Position numbers and translations under genes: made by a program. The notes under the pieces are model-generated. The model made no database searches and was not told the DNA's origin. It was given only the letters and a program-made list of their open reading frames with translations. Shown here one piece after another: positions 55,429-64,000 of a stretch of DNA of 64,000 bases (positions within the stretch are counted from its first letter, which is position 1; each line of letters starts with the position of its first letter). The DNA is from Alphaproteobacteria bacterium (lineage in GTDB: Bacteria; Pseudomonadota; Alphaproteobacteria; MPNO01; UBA830), in contig OZ251539.1 in assembly GCA_965243135.1 (NCBI GenBank), positions 1,184,001 to 1,248,000 of the forward strand, written 5' to 3'.

Positions 55429-55956
55429 ATGGCTGGCAAACGGGTGGGAATTTATCCAGGCACTTTCGATCCGGTCACTTACGGGCATATCGACATAATC
55501 GGCCGGGCCGCGAAGCTGCTGGACAGAGTTGTGGTCGCCGTGGCCATCAATACGGGCAAGGCCCCGATATTCGGAATCGAGGAACGGATGGAGGTCGCTC
55601 GCGAAGAGATCTCCCATCTGCCGGACGACGTCGCGCAGCGGATCGAAGTGATGCAGGTGGAAGGTTTGCTCATCGAGTTCGCGCACAAGGTGGGAGCCAA
55701 CATAATCATTCGCGGCTTGCGGGCCGTTTCGGACTTCGACTACGAGTTCCAGATGGCGAGCATGAACGCGAAGATGGCGCCCGACGTGGAAACGGTCTGC
55801 CTCATGGCTTCGGACAAATTCCAGTTCATAGCGTCGAGCCTGGTCAAGGAGATCGCCAAGCTGAACGGCGACGTGAGCCCGTTCGTGTCGCCGCGAATCG
55901 CCGACCGGCTGGCGAAACGTTTCCATGACCAGCAGAACGCCGCGCAGCGCGGTTGA
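55429..55956 (+). CDS. coaD: Phosphopantetheine adenylyltransferase
   Basis: IYPGTFDPVTYGH, IRGLRAVSDFDYE, SSLVKEIA. Confidence 0.97.
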   Translation: MAGKRVGIYPGTFDPVTYGHIDIIGRAAKLLDRVVVAVAINTGKAPIFGIEERMEVAREEISHLPDDVAQRIEVMQVEGLLIEFAHKVGANIIIRGLRAVSDFDYEFQMASMNAKMAPDVETVCLMASDKFQFIASSLVKEIAKLNGDVSPFVSPRIADRLAKRFHDQQNAAQRG

Positions 55957-55991
55957 CCGTCGCGCGTCACCTTCCTATTTTCCGCCCGGTG

Positions 55992-56067
55992 GCGCCCATA
56001 GCTCAGGTGGTAGAGCAACTGACTTTTAATCAGTGGGTCCCAGGTTCGAGTCCTGGTGGGCGCACCA
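55992..56067 (+). tRNA. tRNA-Lys(UUU)
   Basis: GCGCCCA/TGGGCGC acceptor stem, ACTGA-CTTTTAA-TCAGT anticodon arm, GGTTCGAGTCC, encoded CCA. Confidence 0.97.
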
Positions 56068-56150
56068 GTCCGCGATCGGCGCTGCCCCGAACGCCGAAGC
56101 CTCGGCGCCTCGCCGGGCGGACCGAGCGGCCTGGATGAGGATCGCGAGGC

Positions 56151-56723
56151 ATGCAGCGCAAAGGCAATCTCCGTTACGTCTTTGGTTTCGCCGCCGCCGC
56201 CGTTTTTTCCCCTTCCGCGAACGCCGAACAGGTATTCGTCAAAGCCGCGGCGCCGCTGGACGAACCGAGAGGTCTCTGTCTCGACATTCCCGGACATCGC
56301 AGTCGCGTAAACGTCGACGCTCCCCTTGTCGTCCATACATGCAAGTGGGGGCTTTGGAATTTCGACGAACGGTTCGACGGCGACGCGCTGGCGAAAGGCG
56401 AACTGCGCATGCCCGAATACGGGTTGTGCGCCGGCGTCCGCGCGCCTGTCGAGGGAACGGAGATCCAGCTGGCCGACTGCGACGGAACGGCGCTCCGGCG
56501 CTGGACGTTCGCGGACAAGCGGCTGCGCCTTGCCGCCGCGCCGGACATGTGCCTCACGGTCGGGCCCGAGCCGTCGCAACTGACGCCGGGCGGGCGGCGG
56601 CTGCCTTCCCGGCACGTCGCCAGATCGCTCGCGCTCGAAGCGTGCAGTGATTCGGCGAAAACGCGGCAAACCTGGGAAACCGTCGCGCCGGACAGGGAAG
56701 GCGGGACGAGAAGGAGCGAGTGA
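56151..56723 (+). CDS. Secreted ricin-type beta-trefoil lectin-domain protein
   Basis: Signal peptide (SANA), repeated CLD/LC..CD...W pattern, QTW. Confidence 0.75.
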   Translation: MQRKGNLRYVFGFAAAAVFSPSANAEQVFVKAAAPLDEPRGLCLDIPGHRSRVNVDAPLVVHTCKWGLWNFDERFDGDALAKGELRMPEYGLCAGVRAPVEGTEIQLADCDGTALRRWTFADKRLRLAAAPDMCLTVGPEPSQLTPGGRRLPSRHVARSLALEACSDSAKTRQTWETVAPDREGGTRRSE

Positions 56724-56822
56724 CGCGCGGCCGCGCGCCGCTTCGCTTTCCTCGGGCGCGCCCGCGCCGCCGGTTCGGCGGCCGGCAGGCGACGGCGCCC
56801 GGAACGAGGGGTGCGCCGCCCG

Positions 56823-57770
56823 TCAGGCGGTCTTTCCCACGGGCCAGGGCTTGTCGTCGACGACGGAGCGCCGCGCCGTCACTTCGTCGCCCACGTTGAC
56901 GACCATCAGGTCATGGCCGATTTCCGCCGGGCCGTCGTAGTTCTCCCTGATCTGCGCGAGAGCCGGTTCGATCAACTCGTCGTTGTTGTACATGTGGTAG
57001 ATCACGCCCAGCTTGGGCCGGGTCGCGGCGAAGACTTCTCCGACCTCGCGCGGGGAGGTGTGATAGACCTCGGCGATCTTCTTCGCGATTTCCAGCGGCC
57101 GTCCCGATCTCGCGGCGTAAAGCTCGGCCGGCGGAAACGCTTCGTGGATGATCAGGTCGGCGTTGCGTCCGTGCTCGATCAGCGAGTCGCATTTCTTCGT
57201 GTCGGCGGAGAAGACCACGACCCTGTCGCGGTATTCGATCTTCATCGCAAAGGTATTCTGCGGCTCGGTATGCACGACCTTGAAGGCGGTGATGCGCGCG
57301 CCGCCCTCGTCCAGCGTGTCGTAGATCGGCCCGTCCCGGTCGTATTCGGCGCACTCGATTTCGTGCCCGCCCGGCGGCAGGGCGTCGAGGCGGGTTTCGA
57401 CGTCCCACCGGTAGATGCCGCGAAGCCGGTCGACGATGCCGTCGGTGCCCGGCGGTCCCCAGACCTTCAGGGGCGTTCGCCGGCCGTAGGTCCAGCCGCC
57501 GATCCAGAAGTGATCGAGGCCGCCGATGTGATCGACGTGGTGATGGGTCAGGAAAACCTTGTCGACCCGATCGTAGGGGACTTCGAGGGAGGAGAAGTTC
57601 TGCGGCGCGCCGGGGCCGCAGTCGAGCAGGAACTTTTCCCGTCCCGCTTCGACGAACATGCAGGCGCCGGCCTGTCCGCGTCTCGGAAACGGCGTGCCCG
57701 TGCCGAGCAGCGTCACCCGGATTTCGTCGTCGGCCAGGGGTTCGCCCGGGCGGAAGGTCGATTCCGTCAT
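56823..57770 (-). CDS. MBL-fold metallo-hydrolase (RNase Z/arylsulfatase-like)
   Basis: TLLGTGTP, DCGPG, THHHVDH, FSADT, IHE, YHTSP. Confidence 0.9.
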   Translation of the reverse strand: MTESTFRPGEPLADDEIRVTLLGTGTPFPRRGQAGACMFVEAGREKFLLDCGPGAPQNFSSLEVPYDRVDKVFLTHHHVDHIGGLDHFWIGGWTYGRRTPLKVWGPPGTDGIVDRLRGIYRWDVETRLDALPPGGHEIECAEYDRDGPIYDTLDEGGARITAFKVVHTEPQNTFAMKIEYRDRVVVFSADTKKCDSLIEHGRNADLIIHEAFPPAELYAARSGRPLEIAKKIAEVYHTSPREVGEVFAATRPKLGVIYHMYNNDELIEPALAQIRENYDGPAEIGHDLMVVNVGDEVTARRSVVDDKPWPVGKTA

Positions 57771-58309
57771 GACCGTTCCTTTGGGCGCAGCGCCTTCACG
57801 CCGTTGCGTTCGGGGTCGTAGCGGTAGCGCAGAGTCTTGTCGAGATCGCAGCCGGTCACGCGCACCAGCCGGGTCTCGAGCGGCCGGTCGAGCGAATGTA
57901 TGACGCCTTCGTTGTACACCCGAGCCCTGCCTTCTTCGAGCCGGTACTCGCTGTGCGCGACGAGTTCCGCATGGCCTTCGCGGGAACCGTCGTCGACGCG
58001 CTTCCATTCGGTCATGTCGACGAAATTCATCGCCATGCCGTAGACCACCCAGGACGGGCCGTGACAGTGCGGCGTATTCGACGAAGGGCCGCGGTTGGTA
58101 TGGGCGAGAACTCTGAACCCGAAATCCGGATCCTCGTAGAGGCATTCCGACCCGGATTTCTTGTCGGGCCCGAGATGGGCAGCGACGAACTCCTTGTCCG
58201 CGAGCAGCGTTTCGAGACGGCGCGCGACCGCTTCGCGTCCGCGGGGGCCTGAATCTTCGGCCAGCGCCGTCCGGGCTTCGTCCCGGAATCTTTCGAGAGC
58301 CGGATTCAT
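57767..58309 (-). CDS. Cupin, cysteine-dioxygenase-like
   Basis: PHCHGPSWVVYG and GVIHS metal-binding His; 4-bp overlap with the hydrolase. Confidence 0.75.
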   Translation of the reverse strand: MNPALERFRDEARTALAEDSGPRGREAVARRLETLLADKEFVAAHLGPDKKSGSECLYEDPDFGFRVLAHTNRGPSSNTPHCHGPSWVVYGMAMNFVDMTEWKRVDDGSREGHAELVAHSEYRLEEGRARVYNEGVIHSLDRPLETRLVRVTGCDLDKTLRYRYDPERNGVKALRPKERS

Positions 58310-58797
58310 TGCGCGTCTCCTCCCAGTGCGCCGACATTGCAACATCGGCGGCAGCGTCGCAACCTCGGGCTTCCTCCGCGCCCGGATCTCGGGCGCGGTC
58401 CAGTCCCCGTACAATGCGGTTTCGACGCCCGGAAGAACGACGAGGACGACCGCCCGCATGCGGCGGACGCGGCGCGATTCGCCGTCGTTCGGCGGCCCAC
58501 GGCGTTGCCGCCCGGCGGCGAAGCGGCCGCCGTCGCGGAAATCGTCAGAAGCCGGGAAGAAGCGCGCCGAATCCGCCGAGCGGCGCGCCGCCGCGAATCG
58601 CCAACAGGAGGCCCGGCGAACGCCCGGAGCCGGTCGCCGGCGGGGAAACCCCGAGGCGGACCGTCAAAGGCGGCGCGGTCGGCGACGCGACGGCGACTCG
58701 CCGAACATGCCCGCTTTCGGCAGATGCCGGCGCGTCGGCGGGGTACGAAATCCGCCTTCGGAACGATAGACTGCGGGCGGCCAAATGGAGAGGCATC

Positions 58798-59238
58798 ATG
58801 GACATCGACCGTCAAGCGATCGCGGATTGGTTTTCCAGCTGGGACAAGCTGGTGGACGGAGTGGATTTCGTTCCGGCGCGGGAGTTGTTCGATCCGGAAG
58901 TGGTCGGTTTCGGGACGCGCATGGACATCGTGAGCGGAATCGACAATCTCGAGACGGCCCAGTGGCGCCGCGTCTGGCCGACGATCGAAGGATTCCGCTT
59001 CGATCTCTCGACGCTCCATTGCATGGTTTCGCCCGACCGGTTGCAGGCCGTCGGCATCGCGTTGTGGCGGTCGAAGGGCTTCCACGAGGACGGAAGCGCC
59101 TTCGAACGTCCCGGGCGGGCGACCGTCGCGTTCCGTCGCGAATCGGCGGACGATCCCTGGCGCGCGGTTCACACGCATATTTCCCTCAACCCAGGAACCC
59201 CGCAGAGATCCTGGAGGGACCGGCGGCCGGCGAGCTGA
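58798..59238 (+). CDS. SnoaL/NTF2-like protein
   Basis: FGT...QWRRVWP, RPGRATV, WRAVHTHIS; GGAG RBS. Confidence 0.8.
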   Translation: MDIDRQAIADWFSSWDKLVDGVDFVPARELFDPEVVGFGTRMDIVSGIDNLETAQWRRVWPTIEGFRFDLSTLHCMVSPDRLQAVGIALWRSKGFHEDGSAFERPGRATVAFRRESADDPWRAVHTHISLNPGTPQRSWRDRRPAS

Positions 59239-59289
59239 CCGGCCGGGTTTCGGGACGGCGGCGGCCGTCGAAAAGGGAGGCGACGCCGA

Positions 59290-60156
59290 TCAGAGCTTGC
59301 CCTTCCAAGGAATCAGGCGCGCTTCGAGCTTTCGCATGACCATTTCGATCGCATAGCCGATGATGCCGATGATGACGATGCCGATCACCACCGTGTCGGT
59401 CTGAAGGAAGTTTTTCGCGATCATGATCATGGAGCCGACGCCGCGGTCCGCGGCGACCAGCTCCGCCGCGACGACCGTGCCCCAGCATACGCCCATGGAG
59501 GTTCGGAGGCCGGTGAAAATTTCCGGCAGCGCGTTCGGCAGGATGACGTGCCGCAGCACCTGGATTTTCGTCGCGCCGAGCGAGTAGGCCGCGTGCACCT
59601 TCGAGACGTTGACCCCCGAAACCCCGGCGCGGGCGGCGATGGTCATGATGAAGAGCGCCGCGAGAAACAGAAGGAAGATTTTCGCGAACTCGTCGATGCC
59701 GAACCAGAGGATGATGAGCGGAATGAGCGCGAGCGGCGGGATCGGGCGCAGGAATTCGACCACCGGGTCGAACAGGCCGCGCGCGGTCGACGAGAGGCCC
59801 ATCGCGAAGCCCAACGGAATGCCGAGGACCGCGCCGTAGAAGACGCCCGACAGGACGCGGTAGATGCTGATCGCGACGTGATCCCAGAGCTCTATGTTCC
59901 GGAAGCCTTCCGTCCAGAGCAGATTCGCCCGCGAAAACACGGCGTCGAAGGACGGCCAGTAGATCGGTTTGATCCATCCGAAGCTCGTCGCCGCCCACCA
60001 CATGACGAGCAGCGCGACCGCCATGAGGATTCCCCAGGCGCGGCCGGAGTTGACGGCGGACGAGTCGCCGAATTTCACGGTCTTCTGGCGCGTGAAGCTG
60101 TTGTCGGCCAGTCCGAGCCAGATGGCGAGCTTCGACGGGTTCTTTTCGTTCGACAC
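59290..60156 (-). CDS. tauC: Taurine-type ABC transporter permease
   Basis: RPIPPLALIPL, AAYSLGA, VVAAELVAA. Confidence 0.85.
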   Translation of the reverse strand: MSNEKNPSKLAIWLGLADNSFTRQKTVKFGDSSAVNSGRAWGILMAVALLVMWWAATSFGWIKPIYWPSFDAVFSRANLLWTEGFRNIELWDHVAISIYRVLSGVFYGAVLGIPLGFAMGLSSTARGLFDPVVEFLRPIPPLALIPLIILWFGIDEFAKIFLLFLAALFIMTIAARAGVSGVNVSKVHAAYSLGATKIQVLRHVILPNALPEIFTGLRTSMGVCWGTVVAAELVAADRGVGSMIMIAKNFLQTDTVVIGIVIIGIIGYAIEMVMRKLEARLIPWKGKL

Positions 60157-60170
60157 GGCCTGTTCCTCCC

Positions 60171-61037
60171 TTACTCGCTCGCGCGTCCCATGATTTCTTC
60201 CTCCATGCCCCAGATCATGGAGAGTATTTCTTCCCGATACTTCGTGAAGTCCGGGGACGCCTTGATGTTGCGGGGATCCTCCTCGAGGCCGAGGTCCGCG
60301 AACGGCAGCCGGTACTCCTTTTCGATGCGCCCCGGGCGCGGCGCCATGACCACCAGCCGTTCTCCCAGAAAGAGGGCTTCCTCGACGGAATGGGTGATGA
60401 GGACGATGGTTTTCCGGGTTTCCTTCCAGAGCTTGAGGATGAGTCCCTGCATCTTTTCGCGGGTCAGCGCGTCGAGGGCGCCGAGGGGTTCGTCCATGAG
60501 GATGACGTCGGGGTCGTTCGCCAGGCACCGCGCCAACGCCACGCGCTGCTGCATGCCGCCGGAGAGCTGGTAGACCGGCTTGTTCGCGAAGTCCTGCAGC
60601 CCGACCGACTCCAGAAGGCGGGCGACGGCCTTCGCGGTTTCGCTCCGGGGCTTCTTCGCCATGTCCGGTCCGAACGAGATGTTCTTCTCGACGGTCATCC
60701 ATTCGAACAGCGCGCCTTTCTGAAAGACCATGCCGCGGTCGGCCCCGGGCCCCGTGACCCGGGCCTCGGCCGCCGTTCGGGGCTGGACCGAGGTGACCGT
60801 GCCCACCTGGCCGGGGCCGGTGATCGGCTGGTCTTCGAGCCGGACCTCGCCCGAGGTCGGGGCCAGAAAGCCGGCGACGATGTTGAGCAGCGTCGTCTTG
60901 CCGCATCCCGACGGGCCCAGAATCGTCATGATCTCGCCGGGTTCCAGTTCGAGCGAGACGTTCTGCAGCGCATGGATGGGGGCGCTGTCCGGAACGGTGA
61001 AGACCATCGAGACGTCGTCGACCACAAGTCTTTTCAT
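60171..61037 (-). CDS. tauB: Taurine-type ABC transporter ATP-binding protein
   Basis: [36 protein letters not shown]. Confidence 0.88.
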   Translation of the reverse strand: MKRLVVDDVSMVFTVPDSAPIHALQNVSLELEPGEIMTILGPSGCGKTTLLNIVAGFLAPTSGEVRLEDQPITGPGQVGTVTSVQPRTAAEARVTGPGADRGMVFQKGALFEWMTVEKNISFGPDMAKKPRSETAKAVARLLESVGLQDFANKPVYQLSGGMQQRVALARCLANDPDVILMDEPLGALDALTREKMQGLILKLWKETRKTIVLITHSVEEALFLGERLVVMAPRPGRIEKEYRLPFADLGLEEDPRNIKASPDFTKYREEILSMIWGMEEEIMGRASE

Positions 61038-61067
61038 CGGCGGATCCTCCGGCCGGTTCGCGGAAGA

Positions 61068-61096
61068 CGGCGGAAAGGCCGGAGGCCTTTCCGCCG
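61068..61096 (-). terminator. Intergenic stem-loop after tauA (terminator or mRNA stabiliser)
   Basis: CGGCGGAAAGGCC-GGA-GGCCTTTCCGCCG, 13-bp perfect stem. Confidence 0.7.
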
Positions 61097-61101
61097 GACT
61101 C

Positions 61102-62088
61102 CTACTTCACGAATTTGTCGGTAATCGCCGCGTCGTAGCTGTCGAGCGCCTTGTCCATCTGCTTCTGGGCGACGAAGAAGTCGGCGACGCTCTTCGAGAA
61201 CTTCTGGACGGTTCCGCCCAGCCAGGCCGGCGACGCCTGATCGGCCTTCGACGGGAACGAGAACATCGAAAGCAGCTTCTCGGCTCCCGCGTTGTCCATG
61301 CCGGCGGCCTTGGCGATCTTCGGCAGGGCGGCCTTCATGTCGGCGGCGTAGGCGGCGTTCGCCTTGTCCGTCACGTCGATGAATTTCTGGACCAGGTCGG
61401 GCCGCTCGGCCGCGAACTTTCCGGTCACCGAAATCACGTCGAAGACGCGGATGCCGATCGCTTCCTGTTCCTTGGCCGTCATCAGCAGCGAACCCGACTC
61501 CAGCATGCGGAGCACCGGGCCGCCGAAGGCGCATCCCATGACGATGTCGCCGCGGGCGAAGGCGACGGCGGCGTCGGCGCCGTTCATCTGCACCATGTCG
61601 ACCTTCGCGGCGTCGACGCCCAGATGATCGAGCATCCGCAGCAGCTTGTAGTGGGTGACGTTGCCGATGGGGGTTCCGATCTTCTTGCCTTCCAGTTCCT
61701 TGGCGTTGGCCTTGGTGATGCCGGAGGCCTTGCTGACGACGCAGTTGTCGGCTTCGGCGTAAGACACGGCGACGCCGACCATCTTCAGGTCGAGGCCGCT
61801 GGACACCGCGACGATGTAGGGAACCAGTCCCTGGCTGTAGGCGATATGCACGTTGCCCGACGCCATCGCCTGCGACATTTCGTTGCCGTTGCCGAAAGCG
61901 CGCCAGTTGACCTTGACGCCCATTTCCTTGTCGTAGGTTTTTTCGAGCTGCGCCACCTGGTTGGCGGTCGGCCATTCCAGGAAGTACGCGACGGTGATTT
62001 CGTCCTGCGCGCGGGCCGCGCCCGCGGCGAGACAAGCCGACAGCGCGGCGAAGGCCGCGCCCTTTGCGATCCGGTTGACGATGTGCAT
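61102..62088 (-). CDS. tauA: Taurine-type ABC substrate-binding protein, copy 1
   Basis: ITVAYFLEWPT, YSQG..P, GNVTHYKLL, IRVFDVI. Confidence 0.85.
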   Translation of the reverse strand: MHIVNRIAKGAAFAALSACLAAGAARAQDEITVAYFLEWPTANQVAQLEKTYDKEMGVKVNWRAFGNGNEMSQAMASGNVHIAYSQGLVPYIVAVSSGLDLKMVGVAVSYAEADNCVVSKASGITKANAKELEGKKIGTPIGNVTHYKLLRMLDHLGVDAAKVDMVQMNGADAAVAFARGDIVMGCAFGGPVLRMLESGSLLMTAKEQEAIGIRVFDVISVTGKFAAERPDLVQKFIDVTDKANAAYAADMKAALPKIAKAAGMDNAGAEKLLSMFSFPSKADQASPAWLGGTVQKFSKSVADFFVAQKQMDKALDSYDAAITDKFVK

Positions 62089-62341
62089 TTCGATGTTCTC
62101 CCCTGAATCTTGCGGAAACGTCGTTTATCCGCCGAGTGCCCCGTTCATCCGCCGGCGCCGCGCGGGAACGCCGCCCGAAAGCTTCGACCGCGTCCGCCGT
62201 CGACCCCGGCGGCTTTCATAATATCGGTCCCGCCGCCATACGCAAGAAATTCCGATTTCGCCTGCGGCGTTCGCCGGGCGGCGCTCCGGAGGTCCGCGAA
62301 CCGAAGAAAACGGAAGTGCATTCGCGCTTTCCTCCAGATCC

Positions 62342-63322
62342 CTACTTCACGAATTCGGCGGTAATCGCCGCGTCGTAGCTGTCGAGCGCCTTGTCCAGTT
62401 GTTTCCGGTCGACGAAGAAGTCGGCGACGTCCTTGGAGAACGTCTGCACGGTTCCGCCCAGCCAGGCCGGCGACGCCTGCTCCGCTTTCGACGGGAACCT
62501 GGACGTCGAAATCAGCTCTTCGGCTCCCGTCTCGTCCATTCCCGCGGCCCGGGCGATCTTCGGAAGCAGGCCCTTCTTGTCGGCGGCGTAGGCGGCGTTC
62601 GCCTTCTCCGTCACGTCGACGAATTTCCGGACCAGGTCCGGACGTTCGGCGGCGAACCGCCCGGTCACCGAAATCACGTCGAAGACGCGGATGCCGATCG
62701 CTTCCTGTTCGGCGGCCGTCATCAGGGGCGAGCCCAACTCCAGCATGCGCAGCAACGGGCCGGCGAAAGCGCATCCCATGACGATGTCCCCGCGGGCGAA
62801 AGCGACCGCCGCTTCGGCGGGGTTCATCTGCACCAGGTCGACCCTGGCGGCGTCGACGCCCAGGTGGTCCAGCATCCGCAAGAGCTTGTAATGGGTGACG
62901 TTGCCGATGGGAGTCCCGACCTTCTTGCCTTCCAGTTCCCTGGCGTTGGCCTTGGCGATGCCGGAAGCCTTGCTGACGACGCAGTTGTCGGATTCCGCGT
63001 AGGAGGCGGCGACGCCGACCGCCTTCAGGTCAAGGCCATTGGACACGGCGACGATGAAGGGAACGATGCCCTGGCTGTAGGCGATCTGCACGTCGCCGGA
63101 CGCCATCGCCTGCGACATTTCGTTGCCGTTGCCGAACGCGCGCCAGTTGACCTTGACGCCCATTTCCCGGTCGTAGGTTTTGTCGGCCTGGGCCGCCAGG
63201 TTGGGGGTGGGCCATTCCAGGAAGTACGCGACGGTGATTTCGTCCTGCGCGCGCGCCAGGCCCGCGGCGAGGCAAACGGCGGCAAAGACCGCGCAGAGGC
63301 GGCCGAGAACGGAAACTTGCAT
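62342..63322 (-). CDS. tauA: Taurine-type ABC substrate-binding protein, copy 2
   Basis: Close paralogue of 61102-62088 with a different signal peptide. Confidence 0.82.
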   Translation of the reverse strand: MQVSVLGRLCAVFAAVCLAAGLARAQDEITVAYFLEWPTPNLAAQADKTYDREMGVKVNWRAFGNGNEMSQAMASGDVQIAYSQGIVPFIVAVSNGLDLKAVGVAASYAESDNCVVSKASGIAKANARELEGKKVGTPIGNVTHYKLLRMLDHLGVDAARVDLVQMNPAEAAVAFARGDIVMGCAFAGPLLRMLELGSPLMTAAEQEAIGIRVFDVISVTGRFAAERPDLVRKFVDVTEKANAAYAADKKGLLPKIARAAGMDETGAEELISTSRFPSKAEQASPAWLGGTVQTFSKDVADFFVDRKQLDKALDSYDAAITAEFVK

Positions 63323-63431
63323 GGCGTTTTCCGCGCGTCGAAAGACAGCATTATGCGCCGCCCGGCCTCCGGTCCGCAAGGTCGACGCCATGCGGCGTTC
63401 GCCGCGAAGAGAGGCCGGCGGCGCGCCGCCG

Positions 63432-64000
63432 TCAGAACAGGTGTCCGCTCTTCTCCGCCTTCACTGCGAGATAGCGTTCGTTGTGCCGGTTCGAAGGAAA
63501 GGCGTGGCCGACGCGCTCCACGACCTCGACGCCGCACTCCTCGAGCTGGGCGATCTTGCGGGGGTTGTTGGTCAGGAGCCTGACTTTCGAGAACCCGAGC
63601 TGGCGAAGCATTTCCGCGGCGGCGGCGAAGACGCGCTCGTCGTCCTCGAAACCGAGGCGGCGGTTGGCCTCCACGGTGTCGAAGCCCTGGTCCTGCAGCG
63701 CGTAGGCGCGGAGCTTGTTGATCAGCCCGATGCCGCGGCCCTCCTGCGCAAGGTAGAGCAGGACGCCGGCGCCTTCGGCGGAAATTCGTTCGATCGCGCC
63801 GCGCAACTGCTCGCCGCAGTCGCATTTGAGGGAACCCAGCAGATCCCCGGTGAAGCACTCCGAATGGAGGCGCACCAGCGCCGGAGGGAGCGGATCGCCG
63901 ATGACGACGGCCAGATGCTCGACTCCGCCGTCGGCCGGGCGGAAGGCCATGACCCGCGCGTTCTCGGCGTCGGCGAGCGGGATCCGCGCGCCGGCGACGC
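63432..64000 (-). CDS. ribA: GTP cyclohydrolase II (5' part outside window)
   Basis: VRLHSECFTGD.LGSLKCDCG, QEGRGIGL.NK, LLTNNP.K. Confidence 0.95.
   Translation of the reverse strand, partial: VAGARIPLADAENARVMAFRPADGGVEHLAVVIGDPLPPALVRLHSECFTGDLLGSLKCDCGEQLRGAIERISAEGAGVLLYLAQEGRGIGLINKLRAYALQDQGFDTVEANRRLGFEDDERVFAAAAEMLRQLGFSKVRLLTNNPRKIAQLEECGVEVVERVGHAFPSNRHNERYLAVKAEKSGHLF

Noticed and set aside
55992-56067. tRNA-Lys as integration site of the methylase island
   Set aside because: coaD lies between them and no duplicated tRNA 3' end was found

Overview
High-GC alphaproteobacterial (Rhodospirillales-like) chromosomal segment. A conserved core backbone runs argS-SPOR-nagZ-scpAB-ABC-tatABC-serS-surE-pcm-nlpD, DUF815-yajC-secDF, phytoene-synthase-like-trmFO, uvrA-ssb-gyrA, coaD-tRNA-Lys. 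It is interrupted by four integrase-less accessory inserts. (1) phoX pseudogene, a low-GC ABC-ATPase + HNH (Septu-like) pair, and cysD-cysNC. (2) hipBA with a catalytically eroded toxin, and puuD with a perfect FNR box. (3) Three tandem mosaic AAA-ATPase/PD-(D/E)XK genes, the third split by a 2.24-kb IS4-type element encoding a decayed DUF4338-transposase fusion, followed by an MFS gene, an ornithine cyclodeaminase relic and an orphan restriction-endonuclease-like gene. (4) Between gyrA and coaD, a GHKL(MORC-like)-histidine-kinase fusion, receiver protein, unknown protein, N6-adenine MTase, C5-cytosine MTase and a vsr relic; this is the best candidate for an uncharacterised signalling-coupled defence system. 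The window ends with a ricin-lectin gene, an MBL hydrolase/cupin pair, a SnoaL gene, a taurine-type ABC transporter with duplicated binding proteins, and partial ribA. A degenerate 150-230 bp non-coding repeat borders inserts 1 and 3. All family calls come from motifs read by eye, without database searches.
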